64,000 nt of DNA from Octopus vulgaris. Taxonomy: Eukaryota. A program made the position numbers and the translations under genes. Below the pieces are notes generated by a model. It did no database searches. It had not been told where the DNA came from and saw nothing but the letters and a program-made list of their open reading frames with translations. The stretch spans positions 124,248,001 through 124,312,000 of the forward strand of contig OX597817.1 of the NCBI GenBank assembly GCA_951406725.2, written 5' to 3'. This document shows, piece by piece, positions 36,568 to 50,845 of this stretch (positions within the stretch are counted from its first letter, which is position 1; each line of letters opens with the position of its first letter).

Positions 36568-37767
36568 TATCACCTTTGAGAGAAATAGGACACATGGGAT
36601 GATATATTTTTAAGTATACTTTGGTAAATATGATATGGGATGTTCATAGTTGGAATGCCTTTGATCATAAAGTCTATTGGATTGGAGCAGACCTGAGGCT
36701 AAACACACACAAGAACAACAAAGAGATATAGAATTGACTGCACACAAGGTAGCTGTTTTCTTAAAACAGTGACCTAAATGTTTCAAAGCACATTGTCTGA
36801 TGCGTGCAGCTAATCAGTGGAGCATGTGAAGGAAATTGTCAAGAACAGTGGTCATGGAAACAGTGATAAAAAGTGTCTAAGAATGATAGTTTCATGGTAT
36901 TATAGAGTATGTATAATCTGTTTTTATTTTACTTTCACTACAAAGAAGTAGAAGAACACAAAAAACCTTATTGTCTTTTTGATTTATGATAGAACAATAC
37001 TCTAAAAAAAAAAGTTATTTTGGTAAAAATCATTCTGTTACTTTGTGAGAAACTATTTCTTTATAATTCCTTCCATTTATTTGAAGTGACTAGAACTGAA
37101 GAAATACAGATAACTTCACAGTGGAGTACAATTGAGGGTTTTATCATTTTTTTTTTGTTCATATGATGATAAATGGTATTGGTGAAGAAACATGTAAAGT
37201 GTCTGTATATTAGAATTGTTTGGGCAGAATATGAAGTTATTTTTGTTGAAACTCTGAAGCAGTTCTAGATTAATCAAGTTATTTGTGTAATGCTGTTTCA
37301 TATTTCAAAGTCGTCTCACAGTTTTTCTTTTATTTTTTGGAACAGTTGAATGACTTTTGTTATTGTAATCAGTATAGTCACTATAGTGGTGTTATAATAA
37401 ATAAAGAAGTTACATAGTTGTTTATATTACTGCAGTAGAATGGTAGAAGATTGTAGAGCATCAGCCTTAATGTTTGTCACTCTTTAATGCCATTCCTTCA
37501 TTGTTCTGAGTTCAAATGCTACGAAGATTAAAATAGTCTTTCATTTACAAAAGCTCAAAATCTATCAGGAATGATTTTAAGTTGATACAATATATCAAAC
37601 CATTTTCTTTACAAATTCGTAGCCCATATACCAATGTAAGAAATTATCATTGCTATTATTCATCAAACCCATGACAGCTTCTAAAACAAATGTAATACAG
37701 GGAACCAACAGTTCCATTTACTCATAAATACCATGCTATATACATATACATATATATGCATATATAT

Positions 37768-37977
37768 TCTTTTACTTGTTTCAGTCATTTAACTGTGGCC
37801 ATGCTGAAGCACCACCTTTAGTTGAGCACATCGCCCAAGGATTTATTCTTTGTAAGCCTAGTACTTATTCTATCGGTCTCTTTTGCCAAACCGCTAAGTT
37901 ACAGGGATGCAAACACACCAGCATCGGTTGTCAAGCAATGTTGGGGGAACAAACACAGATACACAAACATATACACA

Positions 37978-38011
<34 letters not shown>

Positions 38012-38189
38012 TATTATATATACATACAACGGGCTTCTTTCAGTTTCCATCTACCAAATCCACTCACAAGGCTTTGGTTGGCCTGATGCTATAGTAGAAG
38101 ACACTTGCCCAAGGTGCCATGCAGTGGGACTGAACCCGGAACCATGAAGTTCATTAGCAAGCTACTTAGCATGCAGACACTCCTATGCC
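37768..38189 (-). mobile_element. SINE family A, full length
   Basis: Colinear with 17920-18328. Confidence 0.88.
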
Positions 38190-38459
38190 TATACATATAT
38201 ATATATATATACATACATATAAGCATGAATATATGTATATATATCACAGACTTCAGCCACATCCCTGCTGTATCCTTAGGATATTCTTTTCCTTTGTAAA
38301 ATTTCAGCTTTTCATAACAGTGTAGTGTTCTCATTCTTCTATTAAAAAGATGCGTAAGAAACAACTGTAATGAGCTGACAATTATCCATCATCTATTATT
38401 ATTCATTTGATTATATATATGTGTGTATGTATATATACATACATATATATATATATATG

Positions 38460-39349
38460 CAGGGCACAGTGAATATATTGTCATCTAAATAATGCAAAAA
38501 TTTAAAATAATGTTAACATCTCATTTTAACAGATATATTTACCAAAATTACATAGAAATATCTTGAAATACTAAAGAGGAAATTTGTTCACTAAAATCGT
38601 CATTGGCTTCAACCACGGCCTCCAGACGACTTCAGAATCTCCTGCAACTCTTCTGGATGGTCTCCTTGTTTAAGTTAGTCAATGCTGCCATAATCTTTAG
38701 CTTCAGTTCAGCTTTGGTGTTTCAAGGAGTTTTGTTGGTTTCCTGCTCAACTGTGCCTCACACATAGTAAGGAAGCAGGTTGCAGTCTGTGGAGTTAGGT
38801 GGCCAGATGTTGAGGGGGATGTGGTAGCAGAAATTATCTGACAGCCATGACTGGGTCCTCCTGCTTGTGTAGCATAGTGCAGAGTCCTGCTGCCAGACAG
38901 AAGGATCTTCCAGCAGCCACCTTCTTGACCCAGGGCAGCGCTACCTCCTCCAGGCACTTGATGTATATCTCCATGTTGAATTTGAGGCTGTGTGGGAAGA
39001 TGAATGGAGGCATAACATCACCATCGCTAGTGATCACTCCAAACACCATGATGTTGACTGGATGTTTGATTTTCATTGCACTCAGTACATGTTCTCAGAT
39101 TGCAATGTCCTCAGACTGACACCTAAGCACTCTGGAATGTTCGTATTGAAGATTCCAGCATCAATACCAAGCTGTACAGCATATTGTTTCCAAATTTCAG
39201 GCCAAGTGAACTGTGACATGATGATGGTTTTTCTCACAGACGGTTCCCAACTTACTCTACTATACTTGTAGTAGACAAAATCTAAAACAAAAAGGCACAT
39301 GTGCAAAATCAAAAACATAAAATGGCAACAAGTTATCCATTGCACCCTG
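38460..39349 (-). mobile_element. Deleted Tc1/mariner transposon, DD37D (maT)-type
   Basis: KHPVNIMVFGVITSDG...VWQQDSALCYTSRRTQ...WPPNSTDCNLL[P]YYV (37-residue spacer); degenerate TIRs CAGGGCACAGTGAATA / TATCCATTGCACCCTG. Confidence 0.88.
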
Positions 39350-39860
39350 TATATATCAGTGCCCCAGCATGGCCACAGCCTAGAGCTGAAACATATAAAA
39401 GAATAAAATAATATATATATATATATACATGCATGCACACACACATATATATATATGTGGCTTAGGATTTAGACACACTAATTGACCCCAGGACTTTTTT
39501 CAGAGCCTAGTACTTATTCTATTGGTCTCTTTTGCTGGTGTGTGTGCACAACACACACATAATACATTATATATATATAATGTATTATTTGCACACACAC
39601 ACAACACACGCATTTATGTATCTATATATTTGTACATATCACAGTAATTTTTTATGCACATTCACACTAGTGACCTAAAAAGTAACAGTTGGAGACATCT
39701 TCAGCATTTAAATGAAAAACTTTTTTGTTTCAACCTCAATAAAATACCAAAACATTTATATAAAACCTTCACTTATATTATTTAATTCCCTTTGTATTAA
39801 ATATTTCAAAATATTTTCGATAAAAAATTTAATTATTCTTACTATGCAAGTCTATATCAA

Positions 39861-39900
<40 letters not shown>

Positions 39901-40566
39901 CCTGTGCTGTCAAAAATAACTCATTAAAAGAAGAATTGAAAATGACATTTGATGTAGACTAGTATAGTAAAAATAATCAGATTTTTATTGAAAATAGTTT
40001 GAAAGATTTGATCCAAACAGAATGAAATATGAGGGGAGAATTTATATAAATTTTGTTAGTATTTTATAATGATTAAAACAATAAAAGATTATTTGAATGT
40101 TGAAGATTTCCTCCAACCATTATCTTATATCTTGGATTCTATTAAGAATGACATTAATTCATAAATATATTAAACTTATATTTATGAATGTGTCAAAAGT
40201 TTGTGGAGTTTATTTACCTGAGATTACTTGTTTGTTTTATATGTGAATGATATTGTCACCAAGATCCATCAAGATCACTTTAAAAAAACTTTCATCTCTG
40301 AAACTAGTTCAACTGATAGCTTTCTCTGTTAGTTCTGTCACCAAAATGTATTATAAAAAAATATTATGTAAACAATAAATATAAATGAATAATTTAGAAG
40401 AACAGAAAACAAATGTGTGTGTGTGTGTGTGTGGAGAGAATGAGAGAGAGAAAGAGGGAGAAGTAAATAGATAAATAGACAGATAGATACTTGCATCAAT
40501 ATATATATATATATATATATATATATCTGTATACACACACACACACATGCACACACACATATATAT

Positions 40567-40880
40567 AGGTGCAGGAATGGATGTGTGGTAAGAAACTTGC
40601 TTCCCAACCACATGGTTCCAGGTTCGATCCCACTGTGTGGCCCTTTGGGCAAGTGTCTTCTAATATAGCCTCAAGCCGACCAAAGCCTTGTGAGTGGATT
40701 TGGTAGATGGAAACTGAAAGAAGCCTGTCATTTACTCATTTGTTCTTTTACTCTTTTGCTCTTTTACTTGTTTCAGTCATTTGACTGCGTCCATGCTGGA
40801 GCACTGCCTTTAGTTGAGCAAATCGACCCCAGGACTTATTCTTTGTAAGTCTAGTAGCTATTCTATCTGTCACTTTTGCC
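40567..40880. mobile_element. SINE family A: plus 5' half joined to minus 3' half
   Basis: Plus head 40567-40730 followed by a minus-strand tail 40745-40880. Confidence 0.75.
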
Positions 40881-41100
40881 GTTCTTTTTCTTCATTCCTG
40901 ATCTCGCTCTCTCCGTCTGAGTAACCTTGTAACTCCTCTATAGCAAGACACCTGTTTCTGTCTCCCATTACAGCTTAGTGAGACAGAAAAGAAATATATG
41001 TATATAAATATGTGAAGTACTTTGTTATATTTGATATACAAAGAAACATTTTCACATGTGCACCCCCACCCACCCACACACACATGAATGCATACATCCA

Positions 41101-41455
41101 TCTATGAAAGGAAGTGAAGGACCCATTTCTGTCAGGAATGACCAAGGAATGACCATAAGATTGTACTAGAAAATTCCCCTCCAATGTACAAGATTTGTTT
41201 ATGAAAGACCAGCACTCACCCATGCATACCAGCCTTCCCTTCTCCATGCCACTGATGTTATCCAAGAGTAAAGCAAAGGCCTATACAGCTTGGCACCAGT
41301 GATATCGCAACCCATTTCTACAGCTGAGCGAACTAGAGCAACATGAAATAAAGCGTTTTGCTCAAGAACACAACACACAACCTGGCCTGGCAATTGAACT
41401 CACTACATCATGTTTGTGAGCGCGATGCTCTTACCCTTAAGTCATACACCTTCAT
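41101..41455 (-). mobile_element. SINE family C, full length
   Basis: Homologous to 6160-6389, with an extended 3' tail. Confidence 0.8.
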
Positions 41456-41791
41456 ACACCTGCACTCATATTTATATATATATGCTGACTACTTATATGT
41501 CTTTGCATGTTGCAAAAGGTAATTATATGGGTTACTGTCAAGAAGGGCAACTTGCCATAGATTACTGCCTCAGAAAATTCATTAAAGCTAAGAAAAATAG
41601 GTTCAGTAAGATATGTAGCTGCATTCTTCACTGAATCCCATTGTGTAGCAGTCACAACTGACATGAAATCAGTAGAGACAATTTATGCATTCTATTACCA
41701 TGGCAAAGCTTCTTAAATATTGTACGATATATTAGAATAAATTAGAAGGTTATGTGCACGTTTGGTTGTTTGCTTGTATGTATGTATGTAT

Positions 41792-42400
41792 GTCATTATT
41801 CAGTTTATTTCAAGATTTCTTGTCAATTGAGAAAGAACCAGTTTCTAACTTAGATCCAAGGTTCCTTTATTGGAGTTTCAACATCAACAACAAGGTATTT
41901 TTGTTTGTAAGTATGTATGTATGTATGTATGTATATATGTATGTATGTTTGTTTGTATGTATGTATGTTTGTTTGTATGTATGTATGTATGTTTTATGTA
42001 TGTATTCTCATGCATATTGTTACATATCTAGACATGCTCAGATATATTTAAATTATAATCTTCTGGAAAGTTTTACAGATTTTTACAGTTCCAGTGATAG
42101 ATTGGATCTATAGTCTTCGAATTAGCTTTCTCTTTTTTTTTTGAGAAGCCTAATTTCTCAAGATTGGTATTCTGGCAGTGTGTTACATATCTGAGGGCCC
42201 CATTAATGACAGGTATAAACCTGAATTTGTATTCTAGATAGAGTAACTATAGATTTCTCAATAGTTCAGCATAAGTGTTCTCTTTTTCACTTCAGCTTAT
42301 GTTAACATCTGCTGGGCAGCTAATTTCAAAAACTGTGCATAGTTTCTCTTCTCTATCCCAAATCATTATATCAGCTCTGTTGTGCTTACATTTTATTGAG
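41792..42400 (-). mobile_element. R4/Dong-type (RLE) non-LTR retrotransposon 3' fragment
   Basis: KCKHNRADIMIWDREEKLCTVFEISCPADVNIS...EKENTYAELLRNL...FIPVINGAL: PD-(D/E)xK restriction-like endonuclease, followed by a 3' UTR. Confidence 0.8.
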
Positions 42401-42625
42401 GTCTTCAAAATCAAATCAAATAGTGATATTTTGAAATCATTTAATGCATACATTTCAAGTGTGTGTAATATATAATAGAAAAGAGAGAGGGGGAAGCAGG
42501 AGAGAGAGAGAGCAGGCATCTGCATATCATATGTAATGCGAATAAATCATTATGAAAGGCATATTTACTGTGATACTGATGATATCTGTTATGGATAAGT
42601 TGTGTTTAAAAACAGTATATATATA

Positions 42626-43200
42626 GGAGGCAGAGGAAAATCATCCGGCAGTGACTGGTAAACCGCCTAGATGCATTTCTGCCCTCTTGCACATTGTCAA
42701 TTACATGTATGCTCACAGCCAGCTACATGTTTAAATGAAATTTGCTGCCACCAATATAGAAAAACAGTGAATAAACCATCAGTGGCATTCCGAATTGTTG
42801 CCTGCCTTAATAAATATCCATTATATGAAAGTGAAGTATATCATCAAATTATATTGCCTGCCACCTATATATATATATTTATAGAAACATCATGTCCATA
42901 ATGGACAATATGTCAGGACAGATACTGCAGGAAATTTGCTTTACATGATGTATTCACATTAAGTATAATATACAGATGGCTGTTCTAATCCAATACTACA
43001 TCTGTTGCATATCATAGATTTTTATTCTGCTGGGTGGCTATTTGCAGCACCATTGTTCATTCATTACTTTATATCAGTGGTGGCAAATTTCATTTACACA
43101 TGTGGTTGGCTGTGGATAGATAATATTGATAATGCCCAATGAGGCAGAAATGTATCTAACATTCTTATCAGCCTCTGCTGGATGATTTCCATTTGCTTCC
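42626..43200. mobile_element. Foldback MITE with long degenerate inverted arms
   Basis: 42626-42692 pairs with 43133-43200, and 42733-42806 pairs with 43030-43096. Confidence 0.7.
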
Positions 43201-45973
43201 AGTATTTATGTTGTTTCTAAACACAACACATACATAAAAGGTATTATCTCAGGAGGAATACCACAGAAAATTTGCCTTTCATTATGTATTTACCTTAAGT
43301 AAATTACACAAGTCTATTTTAATCTGATACTGCTTCTGTTGTGTATGACAGATAAATATACATACAGAGAAAAATATATATATGTGTGTGTGTGTATGTA
43401 TGTATTGGTAAAGGTATATGTATGTATAAATGGATGTGTTATATATATCAATTATTTATATTACTTGGTGAACAAGCATGCTGAGGTCTATCCCAGTTCA
43501 TATGGTACTAAATAATTGAGAACTATCTCTTTTTATTAAAATGTATTGCTTTGGACAATCTCACAACCAGAACTGTGACCACCCTGCCTTCGTTAGAAGT
43601 ATCTAAGATAACATTAGCAAATGTGTCCTTCCTTTTTAAGATACCATGATGTAACTGATGAAGATTTACTTTCTATTTCTTTCAAATCAACCACCTGAAG
43701 ATTGTAATGAATGTTGTTGTATTTGTTGTGTAATCCACTCTGTCAACTCTGATTAAGTAGTTTTACATAATATAATATTTGGCTGAAGGATTTGCTGTGT
43801 TCCATTTACCCATTGCCTAATTGAGGATCATACTGTACATTCAGAGATGCAGTGGTTAATCAGATGGTGTACAGAGTTGCAACCTACATATTTTGTTTTC
43901 AACTCTATCTATGGTCTAGTTTATTTCTCAATCCTTATAAACTCTATTGTTGGCCATAATGAATGTAAAATAAACTTAGAATATAACAAATATCAATTGG
44001 TGGATTTCAGTAAAAAAATAGAAGTTCATTTAAATATCCATTTCAACAGCCTGATTCTTCTAACAGAAATTATGTGTACTTTTGCTATCTATTTCCTGTG
44101 GGTGTTTTAGTCAGACACATAATGTAATGCAGTTACAGAATCTGAACTAAAACTAATCTGTGCAGTAGATTTAAATTTTAGTATCTTAGTTTATGTTTGA
44201 AGAACAGATATTTGGCAACTGAGCATACTATTACAATAAAATTCATTAATTGAAAAAAGAAACATTTAAGGTTTCACCAAATTATGGTTTAATTTTTACT
44301 ATAAAATCATTATCCACAAAGTAATTAGAGTAAATGTAATTTTTTTATGCACAGCTACATATGGCTGCTGTTAAAATTTGAATATAATCATCATTTTTAT
44401 TTTATTCTCATTTTTATTATTATACTGAGAGTTCATTTAACTAATGTTTGTGCTAAGTATGCCTTGATGCAAATATCTTGGTAATTTGAATATTTATCAG
44501 TATGATTCCCATCAGTGTGATATATATATTTATGAGTAGTTTATGCAGAGTAATTTTATCACTCCTGAAAGAGATTTATCAGAGAATCATGATATAGTAT
44601 AACCATTGATATCGAAATTCTTCAAGATCTTATATTTATTATGAGCGAACTTTACACAGTGAAACAGCTGCTGACCAAATGCATAGCCTGCTAAAAGAAC
44701 TATATTTTATTTATTAGCTGAGTAATATATATTAGCTCCGGAAATCAAGGATGGAAATAAAGTCCAGTAAAACTAAACTTCATTTGCAACTTTAATGACG
44801 AAAACTGTTAAAGAGAAGCATCCAAATCAGCTGCATTAAACTGTAATATATTAGTGGCTTTTATTTTATTAATGTAAGTGACATGAAAAGTCACTTTATA
44901 GTACTTAAGTCATGGCTCAGAAGGCTGAAACTGAATACTGCAATGATATATCCTCAGCTCACATAAGCCATCCACTATCAAATCTCAATAAAATCACACC
45001 ATCTTAGTGAAGAATGATAATATTAAATAATTTAATCTTAGGTATACTGTGTCTGGATAAAAACTGGGATTGTCATGGCTTGAATAACTTTCCGTATATA
45101 TATATACTCAATTAGAATTAATCTGTAAATAACAACGCCTGTAATAATGCTGACACTTTACTCTGTGTTGTGCAAAAGCTGTAGTTTTGGATAAGTTACC
45201 TTTGATTTACTTGTATGAGGAAGAATAAATCTCACCAGGGTTGTTTTACTCTCAATGAGATGTTTTGCTACTTATTTGTTTTTGCTCATTAATTCTCTTG
45301 CTACATAGCATCTTGATATTTCTCAGACTCAATAAAAGCACAGTTGCATTGCTCAGAAGATTGTCATGTAACCGCAAGGTTTCAGGTTCAATCTGACTGA
45401 ACAGTACTTTGGGCAAGTGTCTTTTATTTTAGCCCCAGTGATTTCATTAGATGGAAACTGTACAAAGCCTGCAGTGTGTGTAAGTCTCTGTGTGTATTCA
45501 TGTATCAATGGGTGTATATATGTGAATGTTTACATTCTATGCTTTACATGAAAAATTCTTTGAGTTATGGACAGTGGTGTTTCTTGACATTTCTCTGTCA
45601 ACAGATTGTCTAGTAGCTCTGCTTGTTCACAAATGTGTGGAATGAAAGCAATCATACTTTAAAAACAGGTAAGGATTAGCTACAGAAAAGACATGGGCTT
45701 TAAAACAATATCTCAGTAATATGTATTCATCTAACCCATGCTAGCATCAAAAAACAGACATAAAAACAAATTAAGGAATTCCAAGCTTCAGTTTCATTTC
45801 ATGGTTTGTTCATTCAATAACGTTTTCTTTCACTCTTAAAAAGTCTAATTTTTCATAAAAAGTCTAATTACATTTAATGAACCAAAAAAAGGTAATGGGT
45901 GTCATTGTTAGAAATATAGATTAGTTAATTTAAAGTTTCAGTCTTCGTTAATTCAGAAGAGTTGCTGCTGCTG

Positions 45974-46342
45974 TTGCTGTTGAGCAAACGGTCTTCGTCC
46001 CAGAGCTCGCAAGAGAAGTCCGAAAGGTGGTCTTTTGCTATTCGTAAGACCTGCAGAAAAGAAAGCAGGTCAACCCCCAACACCAAGAGCATCGACGGAT
46101 GGATGAATGCGCATCCAGGCTCAGTGGTTGCGTAGGAAGTCGGGCACAAGAAGCAGGAAGAAAGAGTGAGAGAAAGTTGGGGCAAAAGAGTACAACAGGG
46201 TCGCCACCACCCGCTGCCAGAACCTCATGGAGCTTTAGGTGTTTTCGCTCAATAAACACACACAACGCCCGGTCTGGGAATCGAAACCGCGATCCTCCGA
46301 CCGCAAGTTTGCTGCCGTAACCATTGGGCCATTGCGCCTCCA
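45974..46342 (-). mobile_element. tRNA-derived SINE, family E, young
   Basis: GGAGGCGCAATGGCCCAATGG A box, GGTTTCGATTCCC B box, CpG-rich, CAA/CAG tail; TGCTGCTGCTG on both flanks. Confidence 0.85.
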
Positions 46343-46439
46343 TGCTGCTGCTGCTGCTACTCGTGATGATAATAATTTCTACCATACAGCACAAAATCAT
46401 GTTTTCTGGAAAGGTGAACAATCAATTACATTGATACTA

Positions 46440-47220
46440 TAGTTGACTATTACTTTATCTTATTGACTGTGAAATATGAAAAGCAAAACTAACAATCATG
46501 GTATTTGAACCCAGAATGTAAAAATTAGAAGCAAACGTCTGACTCACCAATAATTCTGCTACTCCACCACCATAACAATAATCCTTTTTTACTATAGGCA
46601 CAAGGCCTGAAATTTTGGGGGCGGGGACTAATCAATTACATTGATCCCAGTGTTTCAGTGGTACTTAATTTATCAATGCTGAAAAACTGAAAGGCAAAGC
46701 CAACCTAAGTGGAATTTGAAATTAAAGCGTAGCAACGGGCGAAATACCACTAAGCATTTCGTCCAGCATGCTAATGATTCTGCCCATATGCTGCCTTCAT
46801 CACCTTAACAATAGTGATAATTGTTTCCAAAATAGGAACAATGTCACAAATTTGATGTGAGTGCTAGTGGCAATTATATTCATTCTAGTCTTGTGGTTTT
46901 TGACTGGTAGTTATATATCCATCGTGGATGTATGAAAGGCAAATTTGACTTAGAATTCAAAGCTAGAACAACTATCACATGGACTTTTTTTCGGTTATCT
47001 AACAATTCTAGCAATTTGCCGCCTTAATAAAACATAAACATAAGATCTGAAATTCAGGGTGAGAGGTTTTCTCTATACTATTGGTACTTTATTGGCCCCA
47101 AAAGGATGAAGGGCAAAACTGACTTTAGTTGAATTTGAACCCAGAATGCAAAGGGTCGGAAGAAATGCTGCAAAGCATTTTGCATGATACTTTAATATTC
47201 AGATGATTCTGCCATAATAA
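46440..47220 (-). mobile_element. Tandem cluster of about four family B SINEs
   Basis: Repeated ATGAAAGGCAAA...GAATTTGAAC units near 46480, 46690, 46935 and 47105, separated by AAT-rich spacers. Confidence 0.75.
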
Positions 47221-47805
47221 TAATGATAATAATAATAATAATAGTAATAATAATAATAATAATTTGCCTTTCATACATCCTATGCAAAACACTTTCAATA
47301 TAGTAACCATAAGAGCATCACAACAAACCACTGCACATACCCAAGGCACACAGAGCTGCACTCAGTAGTGAAGTGAAAGCATGGTATAAAAATAAAACTA
47401 CTGAATAATAATAATAATAATAGTTATTTAGAAATACTTTTAGCCTTTTTTAGAAGATTATTTTTTCTTTAAACATGCAGAAAAAGGATATGTCATCTAC
47501 TTTATTATGAAATACTGTTATTGATTTAGCCTTAAATATTTTCCTATCAATGAAAGGAGATATGAAGCATTGATTAAGAAAAAGAAATCACTTCTGGTTG
47601 AGTTATTGAGATATTGATTTATCAGCCAAAATGCTAACAGTTGTGACCCAATCTGGTCTAAAATATGCATGAAGCTAAAGATTTTGTGCATAGAGCACAT
47701 TTCCTTAGTTTATTATAATGCTCATAAAACTGAATCTGGAAATTAAAAGGTAAAATCAAATCCTAATTGGATTTTAGCTTAGTAAAGATATGTATATAAC
47801 TAAAT

Positions 47806-48022
47806 ATTGGTTTCAAATTTTGGCACAAGGCCAGCAGTTTTGGGGTGGGGTAAATCGATTTTACACCAATCCCAGAGCTTGAATGGTACTTATTTTATTG
47901 ATTGACTCCAAAAGGATGAAAGGCAAAGTCAACCTCAGCAGAATTTGAACTCAAAACGCAAAGCTGGATGAAATGCCACGAAGCATTTTGCCCAATGTGT
48001 TAATGATTCTTCGAGCTTGCCA
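47806..48022 (-). mobile_element. SINE family B (tail type 2)
   Basis: Colinear with 22196-22410. Confidence 0.85.
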
Positions 48023-50845
48023 TTTTGTATATAACTATATGTTACAAGGCATGCTGTTATGCTAACATTAAATATTTACAAGGCACTTTGTCAGTTGGTT
48101 CTGCCAGTAATTATAGTGAAATCATGACTTTACATGTCATTATATACATCCTCTTCAACCACCCATTTGCAACACCTCAGTGTAATTTTAATACGCCAGA
48201 CTATTTTGCTTCAGGAAATCAGTTGATTTAAATTTGATATTCTGTAAATCTTTAACCACTTTCAAGCAATTCCTGTTGCAGTAGATTTTCTTTGTGATCT
48301 GTTAAGAAAAGGAAAGAAAAATATTCAATATTTCATTGCAACATTGCTAAAGTTTTAATAGCTAATAAAACTAGATTTGTTGCCAAATTTTAATATTCCA
48401 AATGAATTCACTTGAACATAGCACCCTGTTGGTTGTAAGCTTCAGTTCTCAATCTTTGACTTCTTTTCTCAATGTATATGGTGTAAATGAATAAATGGGA
48501 AGAATAGCTGGAAGCATACATTCTAAATGGAAAAATATAGACTTTTTTTTTTAATGAAAACCAAGTTCACTCTATTTTCTTTTATTATAACACTATCATT
48601 CAGATCGAAATATTCTATCAGTAGGAGGACAGAAAATGATAATGCAAATGTTCAGTATGTATACTCGATACTTGACAAGATCTGTCTTGTAAGCAAATTA
48701 AATATATTTTAGATAAAAAGTTAATCAATAATTCTTTTACATCTCCTGAAATCAGAAATATTCTATTGATTATTTGAATTACCAAAAAAAAAAAGAAAAA
48801 AAGAAGAAAAGGAAAATGAAAAGAATTCTTCCTTTTCCTTACTGCACATTAGAAAAAAAAAAGATGATCTGTAAAGGTGAGAGATATTCTAGCTTTCAGT
48901 ATTATTGTGTGAGACTTTTCAAATGAAGCAACAGCTGAAAAAATCATTCTGTGGTATTTAATATTTTGTCTGCAGCACTGCAAACAGATAACTTATAATA
49001 TACTGTAACATTTTACTGAGAGACTCTTTCCCTCACGTTGGATTATCTGTCGTAATAGACTTTTGAGTTCATTAGTTTTGGTAGAGAACTGAAAAGTTTG
49101 GAATATTAAGCAATTATTGCTGATGGGAAGTGATGTTCATAAATGATAAATTGCCTTAGTAAAGAGGAAATTTTGTCTTTTCAGTAATTCATTACAGACT
49201 CTAAGATGTTTGTACAATAGCTATGGGGGCTTTATGTTTCTTCTCAGGTTTACTGTTCCCACCAAATGCCATTATCAGTTCATTGCAAGAAAGAATTTAT
49301 CACTTCTATAGCTGTTTATTTTTCCAGAGTTTTCCTGAATGTAGTATAGCATTTTCATAATCACGTCTGCATAATATGAATAGTATGGAACAGTACAGAA
49401 TTGTTGTTACTCAAAATAATTGAATTGAAAAACAAAGAATAAAAAAAACATTTGTAACATTTTCCAAATGTTTTCTGGTAAATATTTAGGATTATTTTTA
49501 AAAAATGAATATTTTTCTTCAGGTTATCTTTAATTATTTTTACTATTCATTGATTGTTGATTGGTATGACAAACACATTCCACTAGTAATTTGTAATTGC
49601 TAATTCATGAACAAATGAAGAAACCTAGATGCGGTTATTTGACTTGCTAGAACTAGTTACCAAACACTTCTCAAATCTCTCAGTCATTTTGGTAAAACAT
49701 TTGTGATCCTGAAAAACCAACTGACAATATGGAAGTGTTTCTGACATTGCAATGAGTATAGAAGAACTTTCAAAACTTCTAGTAGTTCCTAAAGTTTCTG
49801 AATGGGTCAACTGATCTGATGTTTATTTAAGCTATGATAATGTAGGCTGAAATAACCTGACTGAAAAGGAGGGTTAGTCACAGGGTTAAGCAACAAATTT
49901 TATTTCTTTGTACTCTATAAGAAAACCAATTTGATTTTACTTTATGATATTTAAATACAATCACAGGGAGGCTGAGTAGAATTGGCACTTGTCAGCAGCA
50001 TATGTGGAGTGTGTGGAGTATGTACAGACCTCATAAGATAGCCACTTAATAAAAATGTGTTGGCTGCTGTTAATTTCAACCAACACTACATTTAAGGAAA
50101 GGAATAGCCAAAAGCCATGCTTTGCCACTGGCAGTCATTATTGTTAGAAATGTGTTACAAGTGAAGTCAAAATATTAGTTTACAGCACAATAGCACACTT
50201 TGTGATCCCAACTATCTATCCATAACACTCTTAAGAGTTATATTGGTTTATATATTTGAATATTTGATTTGAGCTGTCTTTTATGAAAGATTTGATTATT
50301 AGAACATTCATTTTGAGTATAAATTAGCAAACATAAAAACATATATAAAAACCACCTATATGAGAATAAATCATAATCTATTGATATTTTCCTCAAGATC
50401 ATAAAATAAGCCAACTGTTATTGAAGTTAGTTGACATTTAGATAAAATGTGTATACATTAAAATTTAGACTATATTGATTGTATTGTCTCTATTTGTTTA
50501 AGAAATGTTAAATAAATGGTTAGTATAAGAAAGATTTCAGATCTGTAATGGCTCTATTAAAAATATATATTGTAGTTTGTATGACATGATTATTTCCAAA
50601 GCATTGCTATAAAAATTAAAACAAACAAAATCCACAACAGTACAATAAGGTTGTGAGGTAGGGCTACAAAGTAGTGGTATGAATAGTAAGGACGAGAAGA
50701 GTGGAAGACAATATTGAACTGCATATAATGTGTTCAGATTACATCGTTATGTATGTTGTATAAAGAATAAACTCTGCATGTTCAATTGCTTACAAAGGTT
50801 GATTTACAGTCACAAAGTTCTAGGTTTGATCTTACTGCATGCCTG

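Noticed and set aside
49600-49860. KKPRC...SHFGK, a possible BED-finger hAT transposase relic
   Set aside because: Requires multiple frameshifts; no TIRs found.
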